Below, one piece after another: positions 36,501-46,101 of a DNA stretch of 50,625 nucleotides (the first letter of the stretch is position 1; every line of letters starts with the position of its first letter). The notes under the pieces were generated by a model. That model had not been told where the DNA came from. It searched no databases and was given only the letters and a program-made list of their open reading frames with translations. Origin of the DNA: a virus (lineage: Duplodnaviria; Caudoviricetes); the IMG/VR virus record IMGVR_UViG_3300001918_000035, positions 1 through 50,625 of that record; one strand, given 5' to 3'. A program made the position numbers and the translations under genes.

Positions 36501-37991
36501 AATGTCATCGTGCAAGCCGCGGACGCGCGGGTCGCATTCTTCGACTGCGATGGCGACATCAACAGCCTGGGCGGCGCCGAGACCCTGATCAACTGCGGCT
36601 TCAACGCCTCTTGGGACGCTCTCTACAATGGCCGCACCGCCGCCGCGACGGCCACGCACCTGAACCTGATGAACGTCCAGATCAATCAGGTGCCGAAACA
36701 CAAGTGCCGCCTGCATCATGCGCCGGAGATTGAGGTCGTCAGCACGGAGTTCCTGCCGGCCGGCTCGCAGGCAATCGGCGGCGAAGCGGCCGTGGACACG
36801 GTGCGCCTCCATTTCAGCGGCAACGACTATGCGACGCCCGAGGCTGACATTTGCGTCACGGTGCTCAACGGCGACCGCACCCACATCGACTATTTCTCCG
36901 GCGTTTCCGACTGCGTGGTCCAGAACGGCCGGCTGATGAGCGTACGTCTTCGCCGCCGCCTTGATCAGGACCTCGTCGATCTCGAGAACAGCAATGGCGG
37001 TCAGCCCGTCAAGGTCATGATCTCGAAGGTGAAGCACGCGGACAGCGCGATCCAAACCTTCGAGAATGCGCCGCTCACCAACGTCGGCATGATCGGCTTT
37101 TCGGCGACGACCGACCTCGGCGGGCAGATGATGCTGCTGACCACGAACACCGTGCAAAGCTTCAACGCCTCTACCGGGCAGCCGGGCAGCGGCACGAACA
37201 GCTTCCAGGCAACGGTGGCGGCGGATGGCCGGACACTGACGCTGGTCAATGCGCCTGGGCTGCGGTTGCGCCATGGCTGGTTGGTCGGCCGGTCGGCCGC
37301 GGAGCGAGCGTTTATCGTTCCCGGCGGGACTGCGGACAACGTTGTCGGCACCGCTTGGCGCCTCTCGGAGCCGCTGACGCCGGGCACCTTTTCGGGGTGG
37401 CAGTTCATCACCTGCTTCTCTCGCGCGGCGCTCGTGAACACGGTGATGCAGCGCCGGCCGATGGGCACCAACTCGACCTGGGGCACCAACGCCGGTCAGA
37501 ACCTGGCCAGTTGGACCTCGCAGATCGCGAACCGGGGCGTGCGCGATGTCGGCTTGATGTTCGCCACCTTGCTCGGCCGCCATCAGATCGGCCACCATTC
37601 TCTGGGATTGTGGCTCCTGACCGACACCTTCATGAAATTCGAGCGGTTCCGGATCGATGCCTCGATTTTGGACGATATCAGCACCGGCGGCGCTCGCCCG
37701 CTGACCGCCGCCGAGCTACGCGGCGAGCGCGTGCGTCTGCTGTCGCAGGGAGGGCCGCTGCCGAGCAGCAGCGGCTCACCGGTCCCGCCAGGCCTGGTGG
37801 CTCCGGTGCTCGGCGATCTCGATTATGCGTCGATCAGTCCAGCAGCGTTTCGAATGCCGGCGGAATATTCGACGCTCGGCCCCTGGTGCACGCAAGCAGA
37901 TGTCGACTTCATGCCGTTCGACCTGTTCGGCAATCCGCGCCGAGTGGGAGACCCCGTCGGCGCGGTCGCCAGGCTTCAGGGTCAGGCGTAA
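33570..37991 (+). CDS. giant modular fibre/spike-like protein (Pro-Thr/Ser linkers, LamG-like domain, probable beta-helix C-terminus)
   Basis: 1473-aa ORF; FSPADLF...DLSGRGNH...FNGHIA..LLIGR.LT..ER LamG-like block; YVDPVNGQD...GGPTKPFRT motif that often starts beta-helix domains. Confidence 0.7.
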   Translation: MIRSVLKGAGRGGSGDLRLTPPVIPQDAEGDVSRLRSNLRGALTFTKLSGASVIAIAANGDVSLSAALGEGGTAVFRARAQNTSGDAIERELTLRAAGPGPAPAPAPSDTMPDPFAFQGIDDAEPETLYTSNAVTPTGFDSPAPISIGGSHADQYQINDSAWTAAPGTFPPGASVRARLTTSASYEATARAAVTIGGVTAYFDVTTRAAPAPTPSPTPSPTPTPTPTPTPAFSPADLFASGELGAFADFGRAETLFADTARTQPAGAGGAIAGVTDLSGRGNHFTSGSVNSRPAIADLGGVPCAFFEGQGWSGSPNEPDHLRTPNLTIPQPCTMLVIARPAVRQTSVIVAGNNSVWEPGIAIEQQGASPAYERFRIRAGSVLAPVANASLWDGWSVLLAEFNGTSSTLWLNGVQHVTGNAGAAGFANLAWRLGGSNFGSGFNGHIAAALLIGRQLTPAERADLTAWANGRIVPGGSPSPSPSPSPTPTPSPTPSPSPTPSPSPTPSPSPSPSPTPSPTGTIVQPAASYVGQNTAPIAINNAAHTPEYYALWSGFGGKAAYDAIQPDLTPPPDGDPVTRNGEPTFTWNIDQDDFEIEAQDFALDMTCLAPGLGPIDGRTDRIDLYLENAQPTSLDGHSYQWITSDKAHGGYPAIRAVLRFDRNGKHALKAIFRCQGGIEAMREAVLWVNIPSLPNYINRHERSLYVDPVNGQDRIDDGADRGGPTKPFRTEEFALGLMRGTGVAFNGSNWLHATHEGGYIYMLPGLHLFDGVAQANAGDNPNWANTQLPVRMRPAPGVAKSEVIVTRSEQYFEMSSASADDGHCLLRIAGSMSGTTMTVTLLDDQGSGVRVHDGMLIHYRRADGSNTRANTRVVRQILPLQAGEAIGGVGRYTVGNIPEPTGPISLWAFSIPNIVHRKIRFADCLVDGHRWHRIAGSSLMFSVHFIRCSWRKDFDIRGPESPVRPGAPMFPRDTSSFGNVIVQAADARVAFFDCDGDINSLGGAETLINCGFNASWDALYNGRTAAATATHLNLMNVQINQVPKHKCRLHHAPEIEVVSTEFLPAGSQAIGGEAAVDTVRLHFSGNDYATPEADICVTVLNGDRTHIDYFSGVSDCVVQNGRLMSVRLRRRLDQDLVDLENSNGGQPVKVMISKVKHADSAIQTFENAPLTNVGMIGFSATTDLGGQMMLLTTNTVQSFNASTGQPGSGTNSFQATVAADGRTLTLVNAPGLRLRHGWLVGRSAAERAFIVPGGTADNVVGTAWRLSEPLTPGTFSGWQFITCFSRAALVNTVMQRRPMGTNSTWGTNAGQNLASWTSQIANRGVRDVGLMFATLLGRHQIGHHSLGLWLLTDTFMKFERFRIDASILDDISTGGARPLTAAELRGERVRLLSQGGPLPSSSGSPVPPGLVAPVLGDLDYASISPAAFRMPAEYSTLGPWCTQADVDFMPFDLFGNPRRVGDPVGAVARLQGQA
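34194..34260 (+). repeat. (Pro-Thr/Ser)n coding linker repeat
   Basis: [22 protein letters not shown]. Confidence 0.85.
34994..35123 (+). repeat. (Pro-Ser/Thr)n coding linker repeat
   Basis: About 21 SP/TP dipeptides with varied codons. Confidence 0.85.
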
Positions 37992-38578
37992 ACGACGTGA
38001 GTTCTGCGACGCGCGCGCAGTGCCCCGCCCATCAGGCCGAAGCCACCGAGCATCATCGCCCAGCTCGCGGGCTCTGGCACGACAGCGAACGCCGCCGGCG
38101 CCGACCAGTAGCCGCCCGGGCTGTTGGCGCTGGTGATCACGAACTCGGTGACCAGCTGCTGGCCGCGGAACGCGCCCTCGATCACGCCGCGCATGTCGTT
38201 CTCGGTCTCGGAAAGCGCCAAGCCCCCAACCGAGCCGAAGATCCGGAGGCGATCGTCGGCGGCGGTGTAGATCACGTCGAAGCTGGACGGGACGAAGCGT
38301 TCGAAGCGCCAATTGATCGAGGGCGGCAGGCCGCTCAGGGCGAAATCAGCGCTTGTGTCGACGTCAATCAGCTTGACCACCTGCGCGTTGCGCCGCCACT
38401 CCCCGGCGGACGGGTCGAAAGGGTCGTTCGGCGTGATGATCAATGGCGTTTCTGCGCTCGGCGCGCCAATGCGGTCGAACGCCGACGCTATCACTCCGAT
38501 TTGGGTGGTGATCGTCGCAGCGCCTGTTGGCGCAGCGCTGAGAGTTGCGGCAGCCGCCGCGGCAAATATGAGTCGCAC
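37982..38578 (-). CDS. PEPxxWA-CTERM sorting domain protein
   Basis: Signal peptide [17 protein letters not shown]; C-terminal [26 protein letters not shown]. Confidence 0.92.
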   Translation of the reverse strand: MRLIFAAAAAATLSAAPTGAATITTQIGVIASAFDRIGAPSAETPLIITPNDPFDPSAGEWRRNAQVVKLIDVDTSADFALSGLPPSINWRFERFVPSSFDVIYTAADDRLRIFGSVGGLALSETENDMRGVIEGAFRGQQLVTEFVITSANSPGGYWSAPAAFAVVPEPASWAMMLGGFGLMGGALRARRRTHVVYA

Positions 38579-38772
38579 ATCAAACCCCTTTGTCAGTGGA
38601 GAAAAGAGCCTCAGTCATGTGGTTAAGCGGCGCAAGTGGTGATCGTGCGAGCGCGCCGAATTGGGACGGCTAGCCCCGATCGGCCGATAGCGCCCAGAAT
38701 TAACCAGGTTGGAACCCTGGCTTTGTAGCCGAGCGCTGCAGCCTTCGAGCCCCGCTATCTGCCCGTTTTTCT

Positions 38773-39024
38773 CTGTTTTCCGCGCCTTCCAGCACAGACG
38801 GACTTGTTTTTTCGAAAGGTGGGAAATCGCTTCGATGCTCAAGCTGAGAATGGCTGTTTTCCGCGCTTTGCAAGGGCGGTGCAGCGCGAAGGTGGGAATC
38901 AATCGGCCAAAAAATCGATTCGAGCTCGCGGCGGTCAGAAAACGGCGGTTTTCGGCCCCTTTTGTCCCGCTTCGGGCCCCGTAAATCCCGCCTCTTTCTC
39001 TCGATGATTTATTGGCCAGTCACA
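38773..39024. repeat. prophage right end with putative transposase-binding repeats
   Basis: CTGTTTTCCGCGC x2 (38773, 38854), AAGGTGGGAA x2 (38816, 38889), inverted relatives TCCCGCTTC (38965) and TCCCGCCTC (38986); terminal CA at 39023-39024. Confidence 0.65.
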
Positions 39025-39428
39025 ACCGCCGGCTGGCGCGCGCCGACCACTTGCTGCCCGTCGATCCGGACCGTCGAGAAGCGCCCTTCCCCGGCCCGCC
39101 AGGCGCCGGCGACGTGGCAGACGAACAATTGCTGGTCGACGGCCCAGACCAGCATGCCCTCGCGCGGGCGGAGGAAGCGCCAGCCGCCGTCCGTCCAGCC
39201 GGCGAGCGCGCCGGCCGCGTCCGCCCAGAGGCCGGTCGGCGCGTCGCCGACCAGCCAGCACTGGCCGATCGCCGGGTCGGCCGGCGGCGCGTTCACGCCC
39301 GCCGCCTCGACCGCCGCGCACAGGCCGAGGTCGATCAGCACGAGCGCCTCATTATGGGTGAGATCCTTCTGCGCCTGGGCTGCCTCCAGAAAAGGGAGGC
39401 CGTGGCGCGCGGTCGCGACATCGGTCAT
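39009..39428 (-). pseudogene. DUF2793 protein, C-terminally truncated by prophage insertion
   Basis: LPFLEAAQAQKDLTHNEAL..ID, W....G.LA.W..GGWRF..P..G; ends abruptly VVGARQPAV|VTGQ* in phage-end sequence. Confidence 0.8.
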
Positions 39429-41587
39429 AGAGTCTCCATCAGCGGCACGATGAGGTGGGTGGGCAGCGACGCCGCATGGGTGCCCAGCTGCCGGAGCGAG
39501 ACGCGCGCCTCGGCAGCGAGCAGCCGGTCCGCCGCGACGGCCGCGGCGTCATAGTGGAAGCGGGGCGCCATGGTCTCGACCGTGCGGACCGCGTCGCCGA
39601 GCGCGATCTCCAGCGCATAGGCTTCGCGCTCTTCGGCAAGCGGCACATCGCCGCCGTCCGGCCAGCGCCAGCCGCTGCGGCTGCAGCGGACCCAGCCGAG
39701 ATCGAAGCCGCCATCGGCGCGGCGGGCGGCGCGGAAATGCACCGGCGGCAGCGGCCGCAGCGCGGCCCCGATCGCGGCCGCCGCGGCCGGGACCGGCGCC
39801 GGATCGCCCGGCCCCGCCGCCAGCAGCTGCACGGTCGCGCTGAAGGCCGCGACCGGCGGATCATGGGCGATGAGCGCGTCGGGATCGATCAGGACGAAGC
39901 GTTCGCCCAGCTGGTGGCGAGCCGCGGCAGCGGCCGTGCCCCGCCGGCCGCGCAGCAGCTCCGCCAGCCGCCAGCGGCTGCCGCCCAGCGGCTCGGCCCG
40001 GCCGAACTGGACCAGCTCGTCGCCGAGCAAAGCGAGATTGGCCCCCGCCTGCAAGCGATGCGCGTCGGCATCGGCAAGCAGCATCCCGTCGTGCAGCAGA
40101 TCGACCGTCACCTGATGGCGTCGGTCGGCGATCGCCGCGCCCGCCGGCGGCAGCACCGATGCCGCGACGCCGATCACGGCCGGCGGCGCCGTCCGGCCGA
40201 TCGGCTCCCAGCTGGTGCCGGCATCGCGGCTCGCCAGCAGGCTCGCGCGGCGCCACCCCGGCAGCGGCCCGGCCGCGGCGATCCACAGGCGCGGCGTCGC
40301 CGGCGGCGCGTCGCCGAGCGGCGGCAGGTCGATCAGATGGACGATCGTGGGCCCATGGGGAAGATCGGGGGCCGCCAGCGCCCGTCCCGCCGCCGCCGTG
40401 ATCGGCACCCGCGGCCCGGCGTCGATCCGTTCGAGCTCCAGGCGGACGCCGTCGCGATCGATCGTCTTCCCGATAAGGCGCCAGCGCCCGCCGTCCGCGG
40501 CGAGGGCGAGATCGGCGCCGACCGGCAGCGCCATCAGCCGCCAGCCGCCGCGGACGGCGCGCAGCCGCCGCCCGCCTTCGGCGCGGCGGAGCGCGTCCGC
40601 CGCCACGCTTTTCGCCTGCGCGGCGGTCAGCGCCGCGGGCAGCGCGAAGCGGATCGGCGGCCCGGATCTGCCCGCCTGCCGCGCCCGCTGGAGCCCGGCC
40701 AGATAGTCACGGGCCGGATCGAAATAGGCGAGCTCCGCTTCGACAGGCGCCGCATCGCCGTCCAGCTCCTCTTCCTCCCAGGCGATCGCGTCGCCGGCGA
40801 TCTCCGTCACCGGCGGGTCGGCGGCGGGCCAGGCCAGCCGGCAGCCGCGCTCGACGGCGGGGCCGCGGGTCAGCGGCGCCAGCGTCTCGATCAGATCGGC
40901 GAGGCCGGCATCGCTGGCTGCATAGCCGTGCACCGCCTCGCCCGCATCGGGCGGCACCACGGCGTCGCCGGCCAGATCGGCCAGGATCGCGCCGATCGCG
41001 ACCGGACCGGCATCGGCCTCGATCTCGAAGGTCAGCGCCGGGATGCGGTTGCCGAACGGTTCGAGCGCCAGATTCTCGAACACGGCATAGGCGCCGCCGC
41101 GATAGGCGGGCGCCAGCCCCTCGGCGGCCGCGATCAGCGGATCGGGCGCCTGGTCTTCGCTGCCGAGATGCAGCCGGAAGGCGGTCTCGCTTTTCCAGTC
41201 GCCGGCGGCGCCGCGGAGCAGATTGCCGTCGGCCCAGATGCGGTGGACGGCGCGCAGCGGACGCGCCGACAGGAGGACTGCGAACGACGCCGAATAGCTG
41301 TAGCTGACCGTCGCCGGCCGGCCCTTGCCGCCGCCGGTCCGCGACCGGCTCTCGATCAGGTCGGTCGCCCAGATCACGCTGCCGGCGACGCGCATCCGGC
41401 CGTACAGCCGGGGGATCGGCGCGCCATAGGTCGAGCTCTGCACCCGCAGATCCTGGAGGCGCGGCCCTTCGCGCGCCTTGGGCGGGAACAGGCGCTGGTC
41501 GATCGCCTGGCCCACCAATGTCCCGATCGCCCCGCCGACGCGGGCGCCGATCAGCGTGCCGACGGCACCAAGGAGCAGAGTCGCCAT
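39425..41587 (-). CDS. GTA g15-like tail protein (short form)
   Basis: MATLLL...REGPRL.DLRVQSSTYG.PIPRLYGRMRVAGSVIW, PAYRG.AY.VFE.L.L..FGNRIP, LLRGRRGT. Confidence 0.9.
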   Translation of the reverse strand: MATLLLGAVGTLIGARVGGAIGTLVGQAIDQRLFPPKAREGPRLQDLRVQSSTYGAPIPRLYGRMRVAGSVIWATDLIESRSRTGGGKGRPATVSYSYSASFAVLLSARPLRAVHRIWADGNLLRGAAGDWKSETAFRLHLGSEDQAPDPLIAAAEGLAPAYRGGAYAVFENLALEPFGNRIPALTFEIEADAGPVAIGAILADLAGDAVVPPDAGEAVHGYAASDAGLADLIETLAPLTRGPAVERGCRLAWPAADPPVTEIAGDAIAWEEEELDGDAAPVEAELAYFDPARDYLAGLQRARQAGRSGPPIRFALPAALTAAQAKSVAADALRRAEGGRRLRAVRGGWRLMALPVGADLALAADGGRWRLIGKTIDRDGVRLELERIDAGPRVPITAAAGRALAAPDLPHGPTIVHLIDLPPLGDAPPATPRLWIAAAGPLPGWRRASLLASRDAGTSWEPIGRTAPPAVIGVAASVLPPAGAAIADRRHQVTVDLLHDGMLLADADAHRLQAGANLALLGDELVQFGRAEPLGGSRWRLAELLRGRRGTAAAAARHQLGERFVLIDPDALIAHDPPVAAFSATVQLLAAGPGDPAPVPAAAAAIGAALRPLPPVHFRAARRADGGFDLGWVRCSRSGWRWPDGGDVPLAEEREAYALEIALGDAVRTVETMAPRFHYDAAAVAADRLLAAEARVSLRQLGTHAASLPTHLIVPLMETL

Positions 41588-41946
41588 GTTCCGATGATCT
41601 CCCAATCCGGCGCGCCGGGCCGTTCGACGACGCGGCCCAGGCCGGCGTCCGCATGGATCAGGCCGCCGTCACTCAGAATGCCGAGGTGAAGCTGGCCCGG
41701 CCCCGGCCGCATCAGCAGCACGTCGCCCGGCCGCCGCTCCGCCGCCGCCGGGACGAAGCCCGCCGCCTCCAGCGCCGCCGCGATCCGGCGCGGATCGCCG
41801 CCGCGCAGCGCATAGCCGGTCGGGGCCGGCGCCTCAGCCGCCCAGGCGACCAGCCCGATACAGTCGAGACCCGTGGCGGGGTCCCGCCCGTGAAGGCGGA
41901 AGCGGGCGCCGATCAGGGCGCGGGCGCGGGCGGCAAGGTCGCTCAT
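41551..41946 (-). CDS. NlpC/P60 peptidoglycan endopeptidase (GTA g14)
   Basis: ARALIG.RFRLHGRDP.TGLDCIGLV...HLGI...IHAD. Confidence 0.88.
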   Translation of the reverse strand: MSDLAARARALIGARFRLHGRDPATGLDCIGLVAWAAEAPAPTGYALRGGDPRRIAAALEAAGFVPAAAERRPGDVLLMRPGPGQLHLGILSDGGLIHADAGLGRVVERPGAPDWEIIGTWRLCSLVPSAR

Positions 41947-42755
41947 TCGCCGGGATAGCGCGTCAGGAGGTCGGTGCCGGGCAGATGCGGCTCGCCGCGG
42001 AAATTCTCCCAATTGCCGAAGCGGTCGCGGCAGGTCGCGAAGCTCTTGTCGCAGCCCTCGATGATCTCCGCGCGGTCGCCCGGGGCGAGCGGAAAGCGCG
42101 GCGCCGCCGCCAGCGTGACAGTCGCGCCGGCGCTGGCGAGGATCGCCTCGGCCAGCCCGCCATTGTCGCCGTCCAGCCAGCGCAGCCGGCCCCAGCCCCA
42201 GGCGTTCGGCGCGGGCTCGGCCCGGTCGAGCATGACCTCCGCCCCGGCCGCGGCGACGACGCGCACCAGCCGCCGGCGGCCGGCGAGATCGACTCGGCAG
42301 CGCCGGTCGCCCAGCTCGGCGCGGCATTCGGGCGACGTCACTTCGGTGATCCGCTCGGCAAGCCGGCTCTCGACGCCGCGCAGCGCGGCATGGAATTGGC
42401 CGCGGGCGATGCGCACCGGCCCGAGCGTGCCGCGCGCCAGCTCGACGAAGCGGGCGGGATCCGTCCAGTCGACTGCCAGCAGGCGGATCGCCGCACCGTC
42501 CCAGCGGCCGGCCTGCAGGTCGGCAGCGGTGATCGCATCCGCGCTCAGGGCGCCGCTCAGGTCGACCGCGCCGCCCTCGGCCGGCAGGGCGGCTTCGATC
42601 GCGGACGGGACGATGCCGGGCGCCGCGCGGTAAAGAAAGCCGTCGACCAGCAGCGGCCGGTCGTGCGCGGTGAAGCCCATCGCCACCCCGTCGCGCCGTT
42701 CCAGCCGCCAGCAGAGCGCCACCGTCAGGCTGTCGCCGTCGAGAAAGGCCGTCAT
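41943..42755 (-). CDS. DUF2163 baseplate hub protein (GTA g13)
   Basis: CWRLERRDG...GFTAHDR.L, CRAELGDRRC, GCDKSFATCRDRFGN..NFRGEPHLPG. Confidence 0.92.
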   Translation of the reverse strand: MTAFLDGDSLTVALCWRLERRDGVAMGFTAHDRPLLVDGFLYRAAPGIVPSAIEAALPAEGGAVDLSGALSADAITAADLQAGRWDGAAIRLLAVDWTDPARFVELARGTLGPVRIARGQFHAALRGVESRLAERITEVTSPECRAELGDRRCRVDLAGRRRLVRVVAAAGAEVMLDRAEPAPNAWGWGRLRWLDGDNGGLAEAILASAGATVTLAAAPRFPLAPGDRAEIIEGCDKSFATCRDRFGNWENFRGEPHLPGTDLLTRYPGE

Positions 42756-45028
42756 TCGCGCACCTCGATCAGCGGCACGCTGCCCGCCTCTCCGGCCAGG
42801 AAGGTCGCCCGGCTGACTTCCAGCCGGTCCTCGGCGAAGCGCACCGGCACGTCGAAGCGGTAACCGGCCGTGATCACGGCGTCCGCCGCCGGCGGCACCG
42901 CGAAGACGATCACGCCGCGATCGTCGAGCGACCAGGCGGCGGTCTCGGCGCCGTTCACCGCCACGCGGACGCTGCCCGCGACCGGGCGCGTGATCCGGCG
43001 CGTGGCGGCGCCGTAATTCTTGACGAGCGGGAAGTGGCTCCTTGTGCCGTCCCCGATGCCCAGCGTCTGGTCGAGCGGGCCGGGCACGCCCGTCATGCCC
43101 GCCGAACTGTCGTCGAGCGGATCGCGGAAGCGGAAGCCGCGCAAGGGCCCGTGCCGCGCCCGGAAGAAAGCGAGCAGCCGGCCGAGATCCGCTTCGGACC
43201 TGAGGCCGGGCCCGGCGTCGAAGCGCAGCCGGGCTTCGGCCCATTCGGCGTTGCGCTGCTCGCGTCCGCCCGCCCCGCTTGCGATCGCGGTCGCCGTCAT
43301 CGCCTCGACCGCCGCGTCGCGGCCGATGTCGAGCGGAAACAGCACGTCGTCGAAAGCCTCCATCGCCGCCTCCTCGCTGAACCATGTGAAGCCGTCCCGC
43401 ATCACCTGCGGCAGCGCCCAGAGCACCGTTTCCGCCACGCCTCGCGCGCGGGCACGCGCGGCCGCCGCGGCGATCGCCTGCCACTGGCGGGACTGGTCGG
43501 GGCGCAGCACGAAGCCCGCCAGATAATGCTGTTCGGGAACCGGATAGCCGAGCCGCGCGGTCAGCTCGGCCAGCCCCGCGGCGCTGGCGGCGATCCGCTC
43601 CTCCGTCACCCAGGTATAGTCTTCGAGCTGGAGCACGTCGAAGGCGGGCTTCGCCCAGCCGATCGGCGCCAGCGCCCGCTTCAGCTCCGGCGCCGACAGC
43701 ACCGTCGGCAGATAGACGAGCACGAGCGATTCCGCGTCCGGCGCCTCGATGCGGACCGCCGCGACCAGCGCTGCCGTCGATGCCGCGAGCAAGGCGCCGG
43801 CGGCGTCGAGCGCGGCGATCTGCGCTGCCGACATCGGCGCGGTGACATCGTCGATCACCGGCGGGTCGCCGAGCGCCTGGCGGGCGGCGGCGTCGTAGAT
43901 GTGGAGCCGCCGGTCGAACCCCACCCACCACCAGGGCTCGCCGACCTGGAAGCGGACGCGCAGCCCCGCCTCGCGGCCGATCGCCGCGAAGGCGCGCCCG
44001 ACCGCCTGCAGATAGGCCATGGCCTCGGCGACCGCCGGCGACAGGAGCGTCGACGGGGGCGACCAGCCGGTGTGCGCGGGATCGCCATTCGCCGCCCGCT
44101 GCTTCCACGGCTCCGGGCAATGGGCGTCGAACAGCTCGTAGCTGAGCGACCAGATCAGCTCGAAGTCGAGCGCCCGGGCGCGCACGGCGAAGTCCCGATG
44201 CCAGGCCGCGGCCGGGGCGCAGAGCGCCCCGCCGCTGGTCGTCACGAGGCCATTTTCCAGCCGGAAATAATGGCTCATGCCGACATAATGGTTGATCAGC
44301 CCGCGATAGCCGAGCTGGAGGATGGTGCGCAGCACCCGTTCGGGCGTCAGATTGTAGCAATCGTCATAGCCGGTCGCGATCCTGAGCGGGTGGGGCGGCA
44401 CCAGCGGGTCGCCGATCGCCAGCACCGATGCGCGGCCGGTGCTGGCGATCCCGGACAGCTCCACCCAGCCTTCGGCCGCCGCCGCCAGGCTGCCCCCGGC
44501 CGGATCATAGCCGGGCGGCACCAGCGAAATGAACATCCGGTCGATGTCGCCGGCCCAGACCGGATCGGCCTCCCCCGGCAGCAGGAAGCCGCCGGACAGG
44601 GCATCGAAGTCGATCCGGATCTCGGCATCGTCGGGCGTGCCATCGGCATAATTCCACAGCCGGACATACCAGGCGCGCGCATGGCCGGCGGCGTCGCGCC
44701 CTTCGATGGTCAGCGTCGGGCCATGGACGGCGTCGAGCGGCAGCACCCCCGCCGAGCGCCAGTGGAAGCGCACGGCGCAGCCGCGATAGTCCCGCGCCGT
44801 CTCATAGGCGAGCAGCGGATGGTCGTGCCGGTCCTCGGACCACCAGATCAGCCCCGCCAGATCGTTGCGGCGATAGCAGACCAGGTCGACGCGCAGCGCA
44901 TCGGCCGCCTGCGTCACCACCGCCGCCATCATCGGGCGCGGGAAATCGATGGTCCAGAAACGCGGATCGAAGCGCTTGATGAACCCCTTTTCCTGCGCGT
45001 CCGGCGCCGCTGCCAGCCAATAGCCCAT
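42752..45028 (-). CDS. DUF2460/TIGR02217 distal tail protein (GTA g12) with long N-terminal extension
   Basis: C-terminal FDDVLFP...GREQRN..W, FFRAR.G...GFRFRDP.D, AG..FDVPVRF..D; ~550-aa N-terminal region (RFDPRFWTIDFPRP, VGEPWWW, LQLEDY). Confidence 0.88.
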   Translation of the reverse strand: MGYWLAAAPDAQEKGFIKRFDPRFWTIDFPRPMMAAVVTQAADALRVDLVCYRRNDLAGLIWWSEDRHDHPLLAYETARDYRGCAVRFHWRSAGVLPLDAVHGPTLTIEGRDAAGHARAWYVRLWNYADGTPDDAEIRIDFDALSGGFLLPGEADPVWAGDIDRMFISLVPPGYDPAGGSLAAAAEGWVELSGIASTGRASVLAIGDPLVPPHPLRIATGYDDCYNLTPERVLRTILQLGYRGLINHYVGMSHYFRLENGLVTTSGGALCAPAAAWHRDFAVRARALDFELIWSLSYELFDAHCPEPWKQRAANGDPAHTGWSPPSTLLSPAVAEAMAYLQAVGRAFAAIGREAGLRVRFQVGEPWWWVGFDRRLHIYDAAARQALGDPPVIDDVTAPMSAAQIAALDAAGALLAASTAALVAAVRIEAPDAESLVLVYLPTVLSAPELKRALAPIGWAKPAFDVLQLEDYTWVTEERIAASAAGLAELTARLGYPVPEQHYLAGFVLRPDQSRQWQAIAAAAARARARGVAETVLWALPQVMRDGFTWFSEEAAMEAFDDVLFPLDIGRDAAVEAMTATAIASGAGGREQRNAEWAEARLRFDAGPGLRSEADLGRLLAFFRARHGPLRGFRFRDPLDDSSAGMTGVPGPLDQTLGIGDGTRSHFPLVKNYGAATRRITRPVAGSVRVAVNGAETAAWSLDDRGVIVFAVPPAADAVITAGYRFDVPVRFAEDRLEVSRATFLAGEAGSVPLIEVRE

Positions 45029-45033
45029 CGGCG

Positions 45034-45609
45034 TCAGCGCTCGAGCGCGCGGCGGACCGCCCGCGCGATCTGGCGGCCGGAACGTTGCAGCGCCTGCGCC
45101 GGTTCGGTGCCGCCGGGCGCCATGATGGTGATGGCGACGCGCACGTCCCGGCCGCCGCCCGGCCCGGCAGCCGGGTTGGGCAGGATCGATCCGGCCTGGG
45201 CGGGGGCGAACAGCTCGGGCCCGCGCTCGCCGACCAGATAGGCGCGGCCCGGCGCGACCGGCCCGCCGGCGGCGCGACCGGGCGCGCCCCCGGCACCGGC
45301 GAACAGCGCCGCCGGGCCGCGCCAGCCGCCGCCGGTCGCCAGCCCGCCCAGAATGGCCGCCAGCCCGGCCCGGTCGGCGCTCGCCGCGATCTCCGCGAGC
45401 AGCGCGAGCGTCGCCCGCGCCAGCTCCTCCAGCCCCAGCCGGCCGGTGCGCGCGGCGCGCACCAGCACGGTCTCGAGCGTCCGTCCCGCCCGTTCGGCGC
45501 CCTGCGCGAACGGACCGTCCAGCTCCGCCCGCATCGCCGCCACGTCGCGGGCGAAGCCGGCAGTGTCGGCGCGCACCGCGACGACCAGCCGTTCGATTTC
45601 CTCATCCAT
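45034..45609 (-). CDS. short tail tape measure protein (GTA g11)
   Basis: MDEEIERLVV.VRADT.GF, GRAAGGPV.PGRAYLVGERGPELF. Confidence 0.85.
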   Translation of the reverse strand: MDEEIERLVVAVRADTAGFARDVAAMRAELDGPFAQGAERAGRTLETVLVRAARTGRLGLEELARATLALLAEIAASADRAGLAAILGGLATGGGWRGPAALFAGAGGAPGRAAGGPVAPGRAYLVGERGPELFAPAQAGSILPNPAAGPGGGRDVRVAITIMAPGGTEPAQALQRSGRQIARAVRRALER

Positions 45610-45793
45610 CGGGGAAACTCTCCTGTAGCCGGGCGAGGAGCGCGCCGTCGCCGGCGCCGTCCTCGGGCGGCGCCAATGCGGTCAGCACCGTCGCCAGTTC
45701 CGCCGGGGTCGCGCGCCAGAACTCGTCCGGCCGCCAGCCGAGCACCGCGCCGGCAAGACCGGCGAGGCCGGTCGCGCGGTCGGCGAACCTCAT
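45602..45793 (-). CDS. tail assembly chaperone (GTA g10.1)
   Basis: LGWRPDEFWRATPAEL...L...FPD. Confidence 0.85.
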   Translation of the reverse strand: MRFADRATGLAGLAGAVLGWRPDEFWRATPAELATVLTALAPPEDGAGDGALLARLQESFPDG

Positions 45794-46101
45794 CGGCCTT
45801 GCAGCACCTGCTGGAGCAGCGGCTTGAGCGCGGCGGCACTGGCCGCCAGCCCCGCTGCCGCCACGCCTTCGCCGAACGCTTCGCGGCTCAGCCCGTCCGG
45901 CCGGTCGGCCAGGCAATGCCAGAACAGCGCCACCATCTCCTGGATGGTCAGCCGGCCGCCCGCCGCCCGGTCGACCAGCGCGAAGAGCGGGCCGAGCTCC
46001 TCCTCGGCGGCGACCAGCGCGGCGAAGCTCGGCCGCAAGATGAGCGTCGCGCCCGCCACCTGCAGGCGCGCTTCGCCGCGCGCCGGGTTCGCGCCGCTCA
46101 T
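45790..46101 (-). CDS. GTA gp10 family protein
   Basis: ANPARGE...LRPSFAALVAAEEELG.LFALVDRAA. Confidence 0.88.
   Translation of the reverse strand: MSGANPARGEARLQVAGATLILRPSFAALVAAEEELGPLFALVDRAAGGRLTIQEMVALFWHCLADRPDGLSREAFGEGVAAAGLAASAAALKPLLQQVLQGR

Larger units (their letters stand above)
1..39024. mobile_element. Mu-like transposable prophage with siphovirus-type tail (left end beyond window)
   Basis: Ner, DDE transposase, MuB-like ATPase, Gam, GemA, Mor-like, DUF3486, Mu-type terminase, DUF935 portal, MuF, DUF1320, gpG-like and tape measure genes; right end ...CAGTCACA at 39024 interrupts a host gene. Confidence 0.93.

Noticed and set aside
38615-39007. Short ORFs at the prophage right end
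   Set aside because: No RBS or motifs; the region is better explained as transposase-binding end DNA
1-39024. Invertase/G-segment or diversity-generating retroelement for host-range switching
   Set aside because: No recombinase, reverse transcriptase or TR/VR pair recognised in the visible part
45602-46101. Frameshift between GTA gp10 and gp10.1
   Set aside because: gp10.1 has its own ATG overlapping the gp10 stop and no slippery heptamer is evident
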